Shown here one piece after another: positions 60,515 to 64,000 of a stretch of DNA of 64,000 bases. The stretch spans positions 1 through 64,000 of the forward strand of contig JAPETS010000037.1 in the NCBI GenBank assembly GCA_026023565.1, written 5' to 3'. The first letter of the stretch is position 1. Every line of letters begins with the position of its first letter. This DNA is from Cirrosporium novae-zelandiae. Taxonomy: Eukaryota. The position numbers and the translations under genes are program-made. The notes below the pieces were generated by a model. It was given only the letters and a program-made list of their open reading frames with translations, was not told where the DNA came from and ran no database searches.

Positions 60515-62055
60515 AAAGCCTTGGCAGATGGCTTAATTAATTTGTTTAGCAAACGCTCTGGGATATCCTTTGAATGAGTTGAGGGCAGGATTTTGGCATT
60601 GTGCCGTCTGTTTTTCATGAATGCCATCATCCTGTGTCCGAGCCACGAAATGTCTCAAGAGCTCAAAGAAATATTAGGATACCAAGACACCAAGCCGTTC
60701 TGACATTGAACCATACCAGGTAAGAAGGACTGGCACGGGGATGACACCTAAAATCGAACACGCATTCTAAATGGTTCACCCACTCCGGAGAAGCCCAATC
60801 GATTGGCATAAAAATTAAATGATATCACTAAGCCTTTCATCATCCTAGCAAGAGGTGTGCAGGAAACATAAACAAGAACAACAATGCCTGATATCAAATG
60901 AGTAGCGTCCATTTGGCAGCGTGGTCCGCAGGTCTGCAGCCTTATTGATAGGCTAAGCCGAGGGAGGCTATAGTGAGATGGTTTAAGGTGAGATGTATGC
61001 ATCTCATATCTAGCCTGTTCTACTTGTGCTTATAATTAAAAAATCTTCTTAGCCTGATTCTATCGTGCCCTACGACATATTTCTTTATGGGCCATGGCCT
61101 TAGAAGATTGATTCTCTGATTAGGAATTCAGACGCTATTTTGAAACGAATAGACGGGAAAAGGAAGCTCGCAGTCGGGCTAGGAGAATTGATTGACGAGA
61201 CTTTTGACAGTTGAGCTTGGGGACCTCCATCGAGGCAATGTCGCGACGAGTGATCAGGTAGAGGACTTCTATCATTTAGATTGGAATATAGGCACCCATG
61301 AGCCTAGCCAGAGCTGTATAGGAGACATGCCTTTATCAAAATGATCTCGGTCACCCCAGCCTCGGCAATATTCTACCGCGCTACCATAGCATCTCGATTC
61401 ATACTTCTTGAATGAGGTAGACAACAGCTGCAAGACACCATGTAATTCCATCAGTAATAATCACGAAATCGAATAGCCGTGAGATAGCCTCACCAATGAG
61501 TCGACGCATATTAAGAAACTTGGAGATGACCTCAGGACACAACCGTGAAAGCTAAAGGCTTGCGCGCACAAAGAGATAGGACACAACATCAATTAAAGGG
61601 GTGAATATTAGATAATGATACAGAGAGATTGGAAAAGTGGAGCTTCCGGTATGATAGATGGGAAAACGAACGCCAATAAAGGACTGGATATTGAATTTGC
61701 AGAAGCACTGTCGAAGGGAGGGCAGCTCTGATGAGAGTGAGAGTTGAGACATTAAAAAGAAGGGTTATCAAATGATAAGCGTAGAGCTAACCCAACTGGA
61801 AGACCTCCATGAGCGTTGAGGTTCCAGATTGTTGGCACGGAGTAACACTTCTCAATCACTTCGGCTAGCTGCTACAGAGCTGAGTATTAAGAACTGGTCG
61901 GTGGAAACAAACAAGGAGCTCAAGGCGGACAAGGTAGTGAGACATGATAAAAAAGGAGTGAAGAATAATATGGGTTCGGTTGAATTTGATGAAGATGGGC
62001 GGGCTAGGTATATAAATGTCCCTATCTGGGATAACGGGAATAACGGGAATTGCAT

Positions 62056-62092
62056 AGAATTATGCAGAATTATGCAGAATTATGCAGAATTA
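62056..62092. repeat. 10-bp tandem repeat (AGAATTATGC)x3
   Basis: agaattatgcagaattatgcagaattatgcagaatta. Confidence 0.9.
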
Positions 62093-62617
62093 CCGGTGCT
62101 AATTAATGATAACCGAGGCATTTTGGATTCGAGTCTGAAACGTCAAAAACAGGTTGCAAAGATCTTTGGGTACTTAGGTAATTACCACAAGGCAGGTTTC
62201 GGTGGGTTCGGATGTACGAGTGTACAACTAAGCCTATTTTGGTAGACTCGCCTATGACACGTTTACCCAACCCTTGTACTCACTCCTTGGAAATTTTGAG
62301 CATGTTGAGATAATTGTTGAGCCCAGGCAGATGCTTATCACATGTAGGAACTTCATGTCTACCTACCAAAGAGCATCTCCATTTACTGATGCCTTGTGAA
62401 TTAGAACTAAAATAAGGCCATCTGCAGGCAAGTTGATAACGCAGAGATTGCCACGGCAGAAAAACCACGCCAAGAGGAAAGCGTTGAGAAATTCCTCCAG
62501 GAAAGACTTGAAGGCCGACTTGATGATATACAGTTGTCTTTCTATAAGTACACAGTATACATGATCCGGAAACTGGAATTACTGTCGTATTGTCCTATGG
62601 ACAGAATTTAGTTAGGC

Positions 62618-64000
62618 ATGATTGGGACATCTACCTGGGACCTTGTTTTTATCAGATCATGTATATTCCTCCTTCGGTGCATTGCACCACTTGGTATTCT
62701 GTATTGCTTGATTGCTTTTCTTGTTCCTCCGCCTCGTTTCCTTATTTTCAAGGTGCTCGAAGTCTGGTGCGTCAGTGAGGCAGCCTTTTATTTACTTCTT
62801 TACCTCCCGCGCAAATTCTATCTTCAGGCGCCAGCCACACATCCTACACTTATACCCCGTGAACGCCGTCGGGATCTATTCCATCGCTGCCATGAAAATG
62901 TCTCTGATCCGGAGAGCTATCTATCAAAATGGTTTAGAGATGCCGAGCGCTCAGAGATCAAAAAGGAGAACGTCAAAGATTTTCTCCGCTGGGCGTTTCT
63001 GAATAAAGGAGAATTTGATCCAGCAGACGACGAGGAGCTTGATGAATACATCGTGGGTATAGAGTCGATGTTAGGGAGGAAGCTGAAAGATGGAAGAGGA
63101 AAGGCAAAGTGCCTGAGATTGACTGTTGACAAGGTGGATATGTTACATCGGAGCTTGACGTGGTATTTGGTAAGCACTGAAGAAAATATGAACAGAATTA
63201 TCACTCTAGCCTACAGCCTTATCTTACTGATCTGACCCTAATCACTTAGTGTGTTTTTGTCGTCGACACAATAACATATGTTTCCATGTGCTACCACTCC
63301 TTCCGCCCCTATGGCACATCTCTCCGCCGATTCCCCACAGTCTTCCCCTTTCGCCCGCTCACTCTCCTCAGCCCTTATCGCTCACCCGCGAAAACGCTTA
63401 GCTACTGGTACCGTCCACACACCTCCAAAACCAGACTTCCAATCCTCTTCATCCATGGCATTGGCATCGGACTTTACCCATATGTGAATTTCTTGGCAGA
63501 TTTGAACGCCAAAAGCAATGTGTACGAATCGGATGGGGAAGTAGGAATCATAGCATTGGAGATCATGCCCGTGAGTTTCAGGATCACGGGTGGGGCATTA
63601 CCTAAGGAAGAGATGTGCAATGAAATCTTAAGCATACTAAACAAGCATGGATGGGAGAAGGTCGTCTTGTTGTCACACTCGTAAGCTTTTCCTCCCCGCT
63701 TTCCCCAATCACATAACTAACACTACCGAACCCCAAAAAGGTACGGAAGCGTAATATCCACCCACCTTCTCCACACCCCCCAGCTAGCCGAAAGGATTGG
63801 CCCGATCTTATACGTCGACCCCGTCTCCTTCCTCCTCCACCTCCCAGACGTAGCCTACAACTTCGTAAGTCCCCTCCCAACCCAACCCAACCCCCCTTTT
63901 CTTTTCTTTTCTTTTATCCACCTCTCCCTCCCTCTCCCTCTCTCTCTCCCACCACCCCCTCTAACCCCTCCCATTTAGACCTACCGCAAACCCAAACGCG
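62618..64000 (+). CDS. Membrane-anchored alpha/beta-hydrolase family protein, truncated by window end; exons 62618-63169, 63250-63680, 63741-63864, 63979->
   Basis: N-terminal hydrophobic segments, PILFIHGIGIGLYPY, SHSYGS nucleophile elbow after splicing, VDPVSFLLHLPDVAYNF. Confidence 0.85.

Noticed and set aside
60600..62500. Possible decayed gene or the 138-aa ORF at 61829-62245
   Set aside because: Coding-like patches but many stops and no recognisable family; the ORF starts at TTG and includes a tandem-repeat translation.
1..64000. CRISPR arrays, intact transposons, secondary-metabolite cluster
   Set aside because: Eukaryotic DNA with no repeat-spacer array, no transposase/RT/integrase ORF and no PKS/NRPS/terpene synthase backbone seen.

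Overview
Gene-dense, intron-containing genomic DNA of a filamentous ascomycete (Pezizomycotina-type GT-AG introns with CTRAC branch points). About 20 protein-coding genes can be rebuilt by splicing the ORF fragments by eye: ComA/HSA32-like protein, CBM48-like hypothetical, GNAT acetyltransferase, PUS7, AA11-like LPMO, secreted carboxylesterase, HSPA12-type Hsp70-like ATPase and its divergent partner, RDH54/RAD54B, large DH/PH protein, EBP sterol isomerase, small Cys-rich protein, HSP104, Gpr1/Fun34 transporter, RGS-TM protein, long-chain fatty alcohol oxidase, FYVE protein, carboxypeptidase Y, LaeA-like methyltransferase and a partial alpha/beta hydrolase. A U1 snRNA gene is also present. Best leads: (1) a head-to-head pair of an atypical Hsp70-like ATPase and a Myb/SANT-like + GrpE-like protein, a possible two-component Hsp70/nucleotide-exchange module; (2) two tandem tRNA-like, Pol III-type small RNA candidates with conserved structure at 36.4-36.8 kb; (3) an apparent GG-AG intron and a set of relaxed splice donors; (4) an AA11-like LPMO lacking the axial Tyr. 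All calls come from manual motif recognition; no database search was run.
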